Positions 1 through 12,796 of a DNA stretch of 64,000 nt are shown here, one piece after another. Each line of letters starts with the position of its first letter. The first letter of the stretch is position 1. A program made the position numbers and the translations under genes. Origin of the DNA: Haplodiscus bocki (lineage: Eukaryota); the NCBI GenBank assembly GCA_965655095.1, contig OZ296657.1, positions 81,902,001 through 81,966,000 on the forward strand, written 5' to 3'. The notes beneath the pieces were generated by a model. The model worked only from the letters and a program-made list of their open reading frames with translations, did not search any database and had not been told where the DNA came from.

Positions 1-2850
1 TATGATAGTGACGATGTTATTTTTACAGGATGGTTGTGTAAATTAAACACTTTTGAATTTAAAAAAGTAATCAGATCTCAATACGGTAGAGGTACAGATT
101 CTAAACAAGATATTGTTGAATATATAGGCAACAATTGTTATATCCCAACAAGCGGTAATTGCTTTATCAAATGTATCAATTATTTTACTGAAAAAGATTA
201 TACAGAAGAAATTTTAACCTTTAGTCGAACAGAACAAAGAATATCAAATGTGATGACATCCGCTAGAATTCAACCTTACTGTAGAAAACATAATATCATT
301 ATAGGTTGTTATGATGGGTTTAGAGTATGTCCTAGAAATATTACACAAAGAAATAAAGCACTAAAAATACATAATAATCATTTCTGTCTAATTTGGAAAC
401 CAGATGGAGTTAGTTTTGACAAAGCAATAACAGAATCAAAAGATAACTTTAAAGTCGTTGATAATGTTATATCTGATAAACATGTTAAAAGTTATATTAA
501 ATACGAATACAAACCTAAAAAAGTTCAATCTCAATTAACTAACATGATTGTGTATGATATAGAAACTTTTAGTACTATCAAAAGCGTTCCTTATGCTAAT
601 TGCATTTACAGATTAGGTAAAATTTCAGGTAAATATTATCGAGATATATCAGAGAAAGAATATCAAAAATGTTTAAATGATTGTATTGTTTTTAAAGGGT
701 TAGATAATATTAACAAAATGTTAGACTATGTTTTACAATACAAAGGAGAACCAAAAAGAATTAATAACAAAATTGTAAAGTTTTATTTATACTTAATAGC
801 ACATAAAGGAAGTGGATTTGATAGTTATGTTGTATTAAACAATCTACCTCGATGAAGAACTGTTAAGTTAATTAAAAACGGATCGGGTATTGTATCTCTT
901 AAAATATTCAACGGATATGTTGATCAAAATAAGAAAATTCCTCAATATGTTCATCTAAGATGTGGTTTATTGCATATTAAAGATTCGTTAAAAAAACATA
1001 GGAAAAGGTTTTAACTTACAACCGTGTTTACTTAAACAAGAACTACAACACGATGAAATTTTCGAAGATTAATGGGAAGAAAAAGAAAACGAGTGGTTAC
1101 CTTATCTTAAAAACGATGTGTTATCAGCTGCTTTCAGGTATGCTAGATATTCAAAAGGAATGGAAGAACTAACAGGATTTGGGATGAAAAGCAGTTTAAT
1201 TTTACCGGCTCTTGCAAATAAATTTTTTAATAGTTTGAAGGATGAAAGCGATGAACCTATTTCTACTTATAACGATGAATTTATGAGACATTTTGCAAGA
1301 CAAAGCATAAAAGGAGGACGCTGTTGAAATCTGAATCAGTATTATATATCAAATATTTCACTGGAAGTGTTCAATGTTATTTCAAAAGAATTAAATGTTA
1401 ATGGTAATGATGATGTTTGTGAAATCATAAGTAAATGTTTTGAATATACAAATGAACAAAGGAAAATGATAGAAGACGAATATGATTCAAAATTTAAAGA
1501 CTGTCGAGATATTGATGAAGAAAGAAGGACCGAACATAATAACAAAGAACTTAACAAACTAGCAATACACAAAAAATTACAAAAACTTGATGTTGATAAC
1601 AATGTTATGATGGATTACGATGGTAATAGTCTGTACCCGTCTGCTATGTGGGATGAAAGTTCTGTTTATCCTAAAATAGAAAGTGGATTTGCTTTTAAAC
1701 CACATATGAATGATGTCTTTGTAAAAGCGTTTAACAATCAAACATTTAACGAAGATGGTAATGAATCTGCAATTTTAAGAATAAAATATTACAACCCTCG
1801 TAATCTTATATTTCAACATTTGCCTGGTAAAGAAAAAGTTTAAAATGTCGAAGTTAATAGAATGAGAAAAGGTTATATCATTGACACGTTAACATCAGTT
1901 GATATTTGCGAAAATGTTGAAATTGGTGGAAGAGTGATTGAGATTTATGAAGGTGTTATTTATCAACAAAACATCAAAATAACTCCTTTTAGAAAAGTCA
2001 TAGAAAAATTATCTGATTTAAGACAAAAATACAAAGACGAACATAACGATTTGATGCAAAGATTAGTTAAATTAATCATGAACAGTTTGTAAGAAGTCAG
2101 AAACGCAAAGACATTGATCAATTTTATAAGTGTAAATCACAACATTGGATGGAAACAGAGTACGATGAAAATGTGTTAGATGATTGGAATTTACCAAACG
2201 GAAGTTATATAGTAAAATTTAAAAAAGACGATGGATTAGAAGGTGATAACGACGTTAAAAATACATTGCCAAGTCAATTGGGAGCTTTTATATTAAGTAA
2301 TAGTAAACAAATTATGAATAATTTTATCAGAGAAATCAACGGCTTTTATAATAACAGTATATACCATGGAGACACAGATAGTTTGCATATAGAGAAAAAA
2401 TATTGGGATGTGTTAGATAAAGCAAATTTAGTAGGTAAAAACTTATGCCAGGGTAAAAATGATTATAAAACAGGTGTTATATTTTACGGTTTATTCATAG
2501 CTCCTAAAATAAAATACGTTTTAACAATAGATGATTACGGTATCACTCAACAACATATGACTTTTAAGGGATTTAATGATAGTAAACGATTATTAGATCG
2601 ATTTCAATATTTTGATATGTTAGATGGTAAAAAAACAGCTATGTTACCAAGATCTTGGAAAAAATCATTCAATAATGGTGTAATCATACCAACAAAAATG
2701 AGACAATGTAATGCGTGTAAAGATGGAATACTATGTGTAACATGTAATATTCAAATCAACGGAAACAAAGAATTCGAAGCTAATTTAAATTTGTTAAAAC
2801 GAGAAAAACCAAATGATCGTGGTCATATGCTTCCTTATTATATTATCTAA
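1..2850 (+). pseudogene. Protein-primed family B DNA polymerase (pPolB), broken by frameshifts and stops
   Basis: Motifs in order across ORFs 34-855, 1118-1327, 1367-1843, 1862-2092 and 2149-2850: ExoI IVYDIETF, ExoII LIAHKGSGFDSY, SIKGGRC, motif A DYDGNSLYPSAM, motif B KLIMNSL (stop where YG is expected), motif C YHGDTDSL, APKIKY, and a C-terminal CxxC...CxxC. Confidence 0.92.
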
Positions 2851-2919
2851 AAACTTTTGATTTGAGTTGGACAATTTTTTTGAAAAGATTTTTTATATAA
2901 ATAAATTCCTCTCTAATAA

Positions 2920-3427
2920 ATGGATGGTATAATGAACGCAAATCAGTTAACCATTGTTAAAGTATATGAATTTGATAAACCATCTATTCAAAAGATAGAT
3001 TCTCTAATCGATAATTCCATAAGAGATTGTCATAATAAATATTTTCATACATTTGATCATATATGTGAATATGATCTTAATTTCACAATTATTGTTAAAA
3101 ATGAAACAACTAATTTCGCAATTTCTGATAAATGTATGGGTATGTACGAATTAAACAAAAAATTAGCTATCGCACGAGAAAGATGTTTTAAATTTAATCA
3201 AATAAATAAACTAACAATAAAAATTAATAGTAATCTTCAAAGTATAAATATATGTTATTATTTAAAACATCGTATTCCAATGGGTCATAGACTATTTTTT
3301 AGAAGAATATCACAAAGTTAAGAATATATAGAAAACTTTTGTAATGATATAAATAATCCTTTTCATTTTGCGTGTAGAAAATGGTATTTAGCCAATCAAA
3401 CACTCCAAAATTGTATTTATTTTTAAA
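2920..3427 (+). pseudogene. Uncharacterised accessory ORF of the pPolB element, one internal stop
   Basis: ATG ORF of 133 aa; the frame continues past TAA at 3319-3321 as EYIENFCNDINNPFHFACRKWYLANQ. Same strand and composition as pPolB. Confidence 0.55.
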
Positions 3428-3645
3428 CGATGTAATCTTTAACATAATTTCACAATTTCACATAATTTTTTGTTTTCTAGTCCATGTTCACATAAAATGT
3501 GGAATTATTTACACACGCTTTCATGCATCTATTCAAAAGAGCCGACGGTTTTTATGTGATTTTGTATCGGTTATGCGAGACGTTAGTCGAGCATCCCACG
3601 AGCTTCGTAGAAACGAGTCAGAAAAGGCGAAACTCGAAGAGCGAG

Positions 3646-3755
3646 GAATAGTATAAGTGACCGGAGCGAAGCGTAGGGAACGGCTATATTGTCGGATTTA
3701 TTAGTAAGGAGCCGCAGGCGAGTTACTGGTAAATCCGCAATATAGTATATTATTC
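3646..3755 (+). other. Branched imperfect inverted repeat with GNA mini-hairpins at the element boundary
   Basis: GAATAGTATA(3646-55)/TATATTATTC(3746-55); CTATATTG(3684-91)/CAATATAG(3738-45); CGGATTTA/TAAATCCG; TTAGTAA/TTACTGG; loops hold GCGAAGC (3666-72) and GCCGCAGGC (3711-19). Confidence 0.85.
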
Positions 3756-6700
3756 ACTTGGATTCAACATGAATGGAAAATCATGAGAATCATGCTGATT
3801 TCAACCGAATTTTGCACCAAGACCAGAAAAAAATGACCAGTTAAAGATAATGAACGGAATACCTGCAATATCAACAAGCTTTTTCTTGATTGATCATTAA
3901 GTTTCATTGCAACTTCCATTTGTCTAGGGCAATTCGTAGTCTTAGAAGCTGCTAAATTCGTAGACCTGCTCTTGAACTTACTTGCGGGCTGGTGGAACCA
4001 GCATGTTTCACTATCTATGCTGATTTTGTGTATATATGACTGCCTGTCCAACGATTTCGATCTTGGAAGATGTTTTCATCATCATTATGATGTGCTGGTG
4101 GGCTTTAGGTCAAACAAGCTGGTCATCGGTCAGCAACCCCAGGTCAACTTGTCAGCAGCTTTCACGGCGTCTCTACAGGTACCCTCTTTTCCAGTGACTA
4201 GTTGAAAAAGTTGAATTTGAACTATGGTAGAATTAAGAAGTGGAACTGCATGATTGTAATTTTTGTTCGATTTTAATGAGTTACATGCTTGGGCACTGAT
4301 TTTAGTCACCACGGGTAAACACTTAGCTCTTTTTTAGCTCAACCGATCTCCAATGTTTAACGGGGAGAAACGGCGACTCCTTCTGACTAGTAAATTTTTG
4401 TAATCGTCGCAAAAGTGGTGAGTTTCATGGAATCGAGCTACAAAAAAAAGTAAGCTGAGTATGAGAACGCATTTTTCTAATGCGAATGCACTTGGTCGTT
4501 TTAATCAATTCATCGTCAAAAAAAGTGTTTTTGCCACCGTGTGAGCTGCCCTCGAGAAATGCTCAGTGTTGAAGCTGGAAATCATTAAACCCCTTTCTAG
4601 GACTAGAGATAACGCTTGTAGCAGCTGATTGGTGAAAAGAAGCTAAGAAAAAGTGACTGACATGTAAAATGATTCCAATTCCTGCGTGAGGTCAACTAGA
4701 TGCACAATTTGGAAGCATGAAAACACTTGCAATCAAATTTTGATCCACACCGCGAAGGGAGAAAAATAATCGCTGATGAAAAAATGGAAAATACAAAAAG
4801 GAAGTTGGTCTTTTTGTAGCCTGAGGCATGAGTGTTCCATCGTGTTCGCTTTCGTCAGGTGATATCGCAGTGGTGGAAAGAGGAATTGAAGAGCACTTCG
4901 GTTGTAATTTGATGCCATTCAATTACGTACAGGTCAATAATGGCTAATCCGGCTGAGGAACGACGATCAACGAGAAATTTATTATTTTCAGCTTTAATAA
5001 CGTTATTTTCTGAGCTCTTCACTTTTGGTTTTGTTTGTTTGATTTGATGTAGTGTTCAGGTCTTTTCAATAGCCTGCGTTTTTTTTGCTCAGTCCTGAGA
5101 GACGAGTGGTTCTAGTGCTAGCTCAAACAAGGAATTCTATCGATTTGTTTGGCTCATTGTTATACACTTCCTATTGTCAAATAATATTTCGGTTTGAGCG
5201 TTGAAGTTATGTAGTACTGAAATTTTGGCTTCATGGCTTTCGCTTTTATCAAATTCTAACCTTTCAACTGTTTAATTGAACTGTCTAACTGTCTTTTGCG
5301 GTAACTACTCTTTTTTGTCCTAGTTGGGTGAACGAGCGTTTATGGGCATTTCTGAGCTTTGTCAGTTCCTTCCTTCCATTGACACGTTCAGTACTATCAG
5401 TGTCTTTTGCATCAGACATAAATATGAGTTGAATGTATGACAGGTAACCCAAAAAGGAAGAAACAAAATTACATAAGCTTTCGGAAAAGACCGGATAGGC
5501 AAAGAATAATGGGATCGTCCAGAGACCACACCGAGTGAGGCTCGAAAGACAACAATTTTAACGGCGTTACTTCACACTTTTGTCAGACATTGTTTCGCAG
5601 TGCTTCAGAGTTTTCGTTTTCTTTGATACCATTCCTTGCTTGAACTCATTCTGTTTCGAGAGAAAGCGTTGAGAATATTTAAAATTTCGTTCAGTCTAAT
5701 ATTTAAACGGATAGAGGGAGAAACAGAAAAAAAGAAAGAAAGAAAGAGTGAGAGATAGAGAGAGAACTCAAACATGTTCGTTTCAAAAGCGGCAATAATT
5801 GTGTGTTTTGGACTTAAACGAGAGATCAAACGTTCCGAGCACAAATAACAAGTAGTTTTTGTCTCGGCTCGCGTCAAAAGTGTGTTGAGCAATAGCTTTT
5901 TGGCGATTCACCATTGCTGCAACTCAAGAATTGGATTAAAGTTGGGAATCAGCGAATTTGTTGGGAGAAAGTAGGGTCCGATTTTTCGTGTGACGTGCAA
6001 CTATAGAGTTTTTGGAAGTGTCATGCCAGATGAAAAACTTGTTTTTTTTAATAGTACCGAGTTCAAGCGCTGATAGCAAGTTTAGACAGTTGGATTCGTT
6101 CAAATGTAAAAAGTAGGTTGCTATATCAACATTGTTCACTGCCTGCTGTTCCTGATTTTCCAATTTCTGTTTTCACCCAGGACGACAGAAATGAGTTTGA
6201 AATTGACCACGCAACAATTTTCGGGAAATTTTTGTCTTTCCCTCAAAGAACAAATGTGATAGTGTGGGTCCGAGTACTTACGACCAGTTAGCTCCGAAAA
6301 AAATCAGTCACCAAAAAATTAAACGAACTATATTGTACCAGTTTAATCAGAACGCATTTCCGATATGTTTGAGAAGCAAAATATTTCAACCTAGTTGTAG
6401 GAGCAAAGTCAACATATCGTAATCGAGAAGCGTGCAGTCTCAATTTTCAAGCGCACAGACTGAGGAACGTCTACCACAAAAACACAATAGCTTTTTTCTA
6501 ATTGATGAGTGTCTGATACCGAGAATCAGTTAATTTAAGTTAGTGTTAAGAGCATTGCACTCAATATGATTATAATTATTATGCTTGTAATATCATAGGA
6601 CAGCTTCAAAAAGTGCAACTATATCATTACTTCGATCGGCATCATGTACTGTTGATAATCACAAAACATCTGGTCAAGCTCTAAAAATTATCGGATTTGT

Positions 6701-6802
6701 AATGCACATGCGAATCAAATGATTTTTTGAAACTTCGACTCCGAGAAAGGTTGTGATTGATTAAATGGAATCTGAGGGAAGAACTAAGTGTTTTCAACAA
6801 TC

Positions 6803-9609
6803 CTGTAGAATTTTCAGGAATGTAACTTCCAACTCGATTAAACCGTGGTACCACTGTCCACGAGACGGGGGACGGGCCGAGATCCACAAAATATTTAAAA
6901 CTCCAAAATTAATCAACCGGAGATTCAACTTCGGAGGCGGTGGGGTTCATCTGCAAAGTATATGCCTAACTCTGTAATTTCTACCGTTCAACTGAGAGGG
7001 GTGTCCCGTAGCTCTTGACTGTTTTAGGAAATCGAAGAATCGTTTTGCTTGCTGAAGACTTGAATTTACTTAGTCAATCCTCACAAACAAATTTTCTGAG
7101 ATAATAAATACAATAATAACAGAATAATAATTGTTGATAGAATGATAACAAGGGATAATACCACTGATTCGCTTTCGCACATCAATTTACTATCGATTAA
7201 ATACTTCAAAAAACACGTTCAAATCAATTAATAGCATCGAATAACTTGGAGACAATTTAATACTACAACCTTCCGTTGATAGTCAGTTAATCTCTCACTT
7301 ATACCGGAATTGGATCGAACACCAAAACCACAACTCAACAATTATTAAACGAAGAAATTTAAGTCTCACTAGGCTTTCGAGCGAAGAACTAATCGATTTC
7401 AACAGTCCCGGACTGTTCAACAATACTTCTCAAAATTACGATTTCCCAACTTCAGTCCTCGACTAAGTTCAAGGAAACAACAAACAAATTAAGCAAAGTA
7501 GCAACTGCACGGCAATTCAACTCATTTTCTTTTGGCAGCGTTCAGAGACGCTCCTTTCGCTTATGGTACTCGTGGTTTCGTATTTTTACCGTTGGGGCTA
7601 TTTTCGGCCTTCTTATTATTCATCCGGTTAAACGTGTCTCAAAAGTTTAAAAAATGACTTATCAATTTTCGTTGGTTATTTCGTTTATCTCACTTCGGTA
7701 CAATATTCATCAGCTTTAGTACTACTCGGTGTTTATTTTCTTTGCTTACATCAGGTATGATTAATTGACTTTGGTCGTATCCACTGGCAAAACGGGGGTG
7801 GTAAAAGTGAGTAAGAAAGAACCTCTTCGGTTCCATTCGTCTATGTCACCATTTTGATTGACAACCTCTTTCTTCGGTTGATGTGTCAGCTATTCTATTC
7901 GTCGCGCGTGACCAAGTACGTCCAAAATAGGTGACTAAATTATCTTCCCTAACCCTTCCCATCATATTATCCATGCAAAAACAAATGACCAAAGAAAGGC
8001 GTAACTTTTGTCCAAAATTCAATATTCAATTGCGTCTAGCATAAACGTCAACAAAAAACAAGTGAGCACATCGTTACACGTGGTTTTTAATGCGGTTTTT
8101 GGCAATGTATACTTTGTGATAGTTATTTTTATTATTCATGGTCAAAAAATGCGATTTTCTGAAATTAGTCAAAATTCCATATCTGAAAAATCGATTTTTG
8201 GCCACTTTGAGGTCATTTTGCTCTACGTAAAAGTTTTTCCCAGGGCGGGGGTTTTTTCCCCTGTAGTACATTTGAAGCGGAGTCTTTTAACGAAAAGATG
8301 AGCTCTGTAGCTGGTCTCAAAAAAAAGTTATTCAATTTTCCGCAAAAGTACCGGTTTTGGCCATTTTGGCCTGCCTGGGTCCATCTTCAAAGTCGATTTT
8401 CTCAACGTACAGGCAAAATTTCAAAAAATCCTCGGTTGTTTTCCTGGAAATGCTTGTTAGGAACATTGTGTTAAATTTTGAGTTTTCTATCTTCAAAAAC
8501 GTGCGAGGGGGTAGCCGTTTTGCAAGTCGACATTTTCCGAGTTCCGTGATTTTAGCTAGTTGCAATTTTGTGGGGCGACCATTTATAGCTTGCTATGCTT
8601 GTTCTATTAAAATTTTCCATTTTTCCTAATAATACGTTTTTGTTTGTTAGTAATATGGTTGTTTTCTATTGGCTATTCGTTAACTAATAAGCGAAAAACT
8701 GCGAATTTTGACGATTTTAGGCTACTTTGGGCATTTTTTGGCAATTTCTTCCTAAATTTTCCGGAGTGACTAAATATAATAAATTCATCTTTTCAGGGAC
8801 ATTAGTCCATTCAATTATCTTCCGTTTGAGATTAATACGAGCCTTTTTTGATGCGTGGTTTGGTCAGAAGAAATTTTTAACTGAACTCACTTTGGCAATT
8901 TCTGGAGTGCACTTTTCGTTTCCAACAATTTTTCAATATCTTAAAATCGTCCGATTTTGCTCATATTCCAAACTTAAGCTTTGCAATGAATGTAATATAC
9001 AATGGTGAAAACCGTTTGTCGATATCTTTTTTCGTCTTTGAGAAAAAAGCAAGCAAACATTGGGGAACCTTAAAAAAACAGGTCTAATTTTGAGCAGCGA
9101 GAGCGTAAATAAGCTAATACGTGGGGTGGTGGCGGCCGTGCGCGTGGTCAAAATTCACTCCAGAAGCACTCCTATTGTATTCCTTTTGTACTCATAAAAC
9201 TTTCTTTCCACTCCGCTTTCACTTTTATACGCTTCTAACATTGCAACTGAACTATGAATTCGCGGTTTGACCATTTTCCGGACCGTAATAATTTTCGTCT
9301 TAATTTTTCGACAATTTTTAATTTTCAAAATGCGGTGAAAATCACCCAACTTGCTTGTCTTGGAATGTAGTTTTGACTGGTGACAACCGTTTTGCTCTAT
9401 CTATAACAGTCTTCGAGAAAATGGACGTCAAAGTTAGGGTTCGAATTAGACCAACCTTTAAATTTTTTGCTGCTGTTGCTTTGCTATGTTAACACACGTG
9501 ACAAGGTCGTTCCAAAATAACTAATACTTGCTTCGCGGCTTGTTCACATTCCAACGTAGTGCTTATTCAGTTCAATATTCACTTTTCACGTATAAATCTC
9601 GCTGCTAAA
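6803..9609. repeat. ~2.8-kb direct repeat, copy A (leader, PBS and most of the LTR of element 1)
   Basis: Matches 19158-21962 at offset ~12353; ORF translations 8008/20361, 8332/20685 and 8727/21080 are identical. Confidence 0.97.
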
Positions 9610-9855
9610 TTTCACTCAATTCACGTGTACTGACACAGCGAATACAGCATTGCAAAAATGACAAATATGATTGACTTTCGTCCTATCTACTGACCATCAA
9701 CCTGTTTTCAGCTATTAAATACGTAACAATAATACGCAAATGAAGGTGCAAAATATAGATCAAGGGTAATATGATATTGTCGGGAATTTTGCCCCTTTTC
9801 TTCCATACCGTGACAATTTTAAAACCAAAAAAAAATGTGTGCTACAAATCCCACA
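7915..9855 (-). repeat. Putative 3' LTR of element 1 (~1.94 kb, may include a nested insertion)
   Basis: Starts TGTGGG directly after the purine tract and ends ...GTACT directly before TGG; 7915-9609 is repeated at 20268-21962. Boundaries are inferred from PPT and PBS; no TSD available. Confidence 0.6.
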
Positions 9856-9865
9856 TTCCCCCCCT
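9856..9865 (-). promoter_or_regulatory. Polypurine tract of element 1
   Basis: Minus strand AGGGGGGGAA followed immediately by TG, about 350 bp downstream of env. Confidence 0.75.
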
Positions 9866-10212
9866 ACTTGGACTACTACTCTCCCGAGTAGTTGCTGGGG
9901 TAAAAAAATTTGTTTTCATCGTTCTACTTCACTAATCGCTATCCACGTTCAAGTAATTTCAACTGTAATTCACTTTCAAAGTAACTTTGCTATAAAAACA
10001 TCTTGAGTAGCTTTCAAAATCAATTAACTTGTTTCAATTCTAGTTCGTCCAAGTGGTGGTACACGTTAGAATATTGATCAATGCAGGACCTTTCCATACG
10101 TCGCTCTTTGATAGGGAGGGCAAATAAATACAGGTGCGATCATTAGAGCAACATCATACAATGGTAATATTAACATCAATTAAATCTTACGTTTGCGGGA
10201 GGAGTTTGATGT

Positions 10213-12496
10213 CTAGTTTTTCGTCAGAGGCTTTTTGGAGCTCGTTTCTCCCTGGGAGATTTCCGGGGGAGCAGACTTCTTTGCATTCTCGTTCTCTAGC
10301 ACACCTTCTTCTTGTGCTGCGTCGATGTTGCTCAATTGCAATGCGGCGGCAGCGGCGGTCTCTTCACCATTGCATCTGAATCGTTCCACATACTTCTTCA
10401 TCGCATACAGTTCCCCATTTTTAGGGCCCAGCCTAACAATAACAACAGCCCCAAGGTAATCAAAGTGGCCTCACAGGGCAAAATAACGTCTCTCCAGATT
10501 TTCTTCACGATTGTTGTGTGCACTTCCTCGACCTTTTGCATAAATGGCTGTACTACTGCTGCCAACATTTCCTCAGTAATACGGCGATCAAGCAAACCTG
10601 CTAAATTCAACTTTAAGTGCGATAGTAATTTCTGATGGACATCTCCCATCAGTTCCGTAGGGATAACATCTTCTAAATCTTTCAAACCTTCGAATAACGG
10701 ACGTAATGAGGGAGTGGGTAGAGTTCGTACAATATCACTGGATTCTTGAATACACGTAAAGGGGCCTGGAGTTAGGAATAATCCAGCGTTCGGGAGTTGC
10801 AACCTTCCTTTACAAGAGGGCCTACTAAGCAATTTTGGCAACCCGGAACACAAACTTCCCCTTGCTCTGTCAAATTTTCCATTGTAAAATCTCTTTTCGC
10901 GGACGTTAAAAGGTACGTTGAATCGAACAAATATAGGGCCTGCGGATGTTGAGGTAGCGCGACAACTTCTTGGACACACAATTTCAGGACGGTAGCGGGA
11001 AGATTAAAATATAAGCCGGTTAAGCAAGTCGTCTTCTGCGATTTAGTTGTTGAAAATGGTTGTTTACATAGACGTAGCCGGTGTGAGCCCCAGCAATGGG
11101 TAGAGAGTTCCTGCTCTGTAACTTCGGCAAAGTTCGTTTTATCCCATTTCATTAACAAGTGCGTTTTCGACAGGTGGTATTGCGTCGCACGTTTGGTCTG
11201 AGGTATCGGTTGGGGACTGGGAGTTGCTCGGAATACATCGTGTACTCCGTGTCCCGTGTAAAGAGGTATTTCGATCTGCAAATGCAACCCCTCGTCCGAT
11301 ATATAAGCGTCTCTCACAACTTCAAAAAAATAATACGCGGCTATTAGTTTTCTCGGAATCGCCTCGTTCAATCCGTACACCTCAAACGTGCCTAAATTTT
11401 TCGAAAAGATCGTCGGAGGAATCAACGCTATCGACAAGTATCCGTTAACTAACGAAGCCATCGCATCTTGCAATAAAGAAGCCATATTGGCCAGCGAAAT
11501 ACGTTGCTGGTTCACAACGTTTACTAATCGGCGATATTGAATGGTTAGATTCTGAAGAGACTCTGCGATGATAAGAGTGTTACGATGTCGGTCTTGCGTA
11601 TGTCTAGCGGCGCACTCTCCTTTTTCTACGAAATCTTTAATCTCTTCAAGTACTCCTCTAATTGTCTCATTTAACAATTCTACGTTCTCTTGCAGGCTTC
11701 TTTTCAAAGCGGGGAGCTTTCTCCTCTCAACGTTGGCCGGCATTCTAACCGTTATCGCTTCTAATAACTTAGACTTCAAATAGAAAACATTTTCTTCTAA
11801 ATCTTTAACTTGTCTGGCGAAAGCTTCTATTTTCTTCCGCTCATCTTCCTTGCAAGGTGAACCAAAAGGGACTAACTTGTCAACAAAACATGAAAATTTG
11901 TCTGCTATCGGGGTTGTAAACGGTCTGAGGAAAAGTCTGGATAGTTCACTTCCTAGCGCGGTTCCAACAATTGGTACCAAGACAGATCTCTTGTATCTAT
12001 TCGGTCTTTCAAATGTTAGATCTTGCAAAGAGCTTTTTAAAAACACGGTAAGCGATTGCCTCGTAATCTCGAGATCCGTTTTGAAAATCTGATGAGTCTG
12101 AAAAACCTCAGCTAAATTATCTCGTAACAATTGCTTCCAATACGAAAACAGATGCGTGTCGGCGCATTCGTGTTGGAACATCCTAAGGTCTAGATCATTC
12201 AATTCAAACAAAGTTTGATCCAGGATCTGATTCAAGGGTTTGGTATCAAGCTGGGGTATCTGGGGAAAACAAAAGTAGGTACACAAAGTTTTAAGAGCTT
12301 TTACTAACACTACCGGCGGCTCAGGTGTAAACGCAGCGCCTGAAATCGAGTGTGATCCATTGACAATTCCCAGAGTGTCTTGTCGTCTCTGGAAATCCCA
12401 CTCATCGAAATCATCGACAGGATTAGTAGCTCCTATTGCCGCAAAAACTAGGAAAATTAACATTCTCCTCATCGTAAGGGAAGAAAAACGGTACAT
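10213..12496 (-). pseudogene. env: Env-like class I fusion glycoprotein of element 1, two frameshifts
   Basis: Signal peptide MLIFLVFAAIGA; furin site RYKR (11987-11998) followed by hydrophobic SVLVPIVGTALG; heptad-rich helix; Cys-rich region; TM ATLITLGLLLLLGWAL in ORF 10398-10979; probable cytoplasmic tail in 10213-10401. Confidence 0.85.
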
Positions 12497-12796
12497 GAAG
12501 GGAAAGTGAGGTAGTTAGAATTGAATGTTAATAGCACAAGACCGTGGACAGTGTAAAGCGTTAAAGCGACTGTTCATTAAATTGGTCGGCAAGTGAATGA
12601 CGGGAAGAGCGTAAGTGAATCGCCAATCAATTCCGATTGCGGTGTCTCGTACCGCGACAATTGTGGAACGGGATTGGTCAATACGAACCATTAGTAATTC
12701 GCTCGATCGGTTCGCGTAATCGGAACGAATGGTGAGCTTGCATTACTTCAGGGGACTTTGCTCATCGGGAAGAGTCATGCCCGAAGTCTATCTTCG

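Larger units (their letters stand above)
1..3755 (+). mobile_element. Right-hand portion of a decayed Polinton/Maverick- or adintovirus-like element
   Basis: Very AT-rich block with a pPolB pseudogene and a second co-oriented ORF, ending in a folded GC-richer segment. The left end lies outside the window. No integrase, capsid gene or TIR is visible, so the family call rests on pPolB. Confidence 0.7.

Noticed and set aside
3764-4051. ETCWFHQ as a MULE CxxH motif
   Set aside because: No DGTF or DFE motifs at the expected spacing; a single short word is not enough.
4300-6800. Short ORFs such as 5936-6163 and 5605-5892 as genes
   Set aside because: No recognisable motifs and non-ATG starts; left unannotated.
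7947-7957. CCCTAACCCT, and TTAGGG near 9435, as telomeric repeats
   Set aside because: Fewer than two units each; expected by chance.
6821-9609. Whole 2.8-kb repeat as the LTR
   Set aside because: The PPT-TG junction lies at 9855, outside the repeat, and there is no PBS between 19158 and gag; LTR plus leader fits better, though this is not proven.
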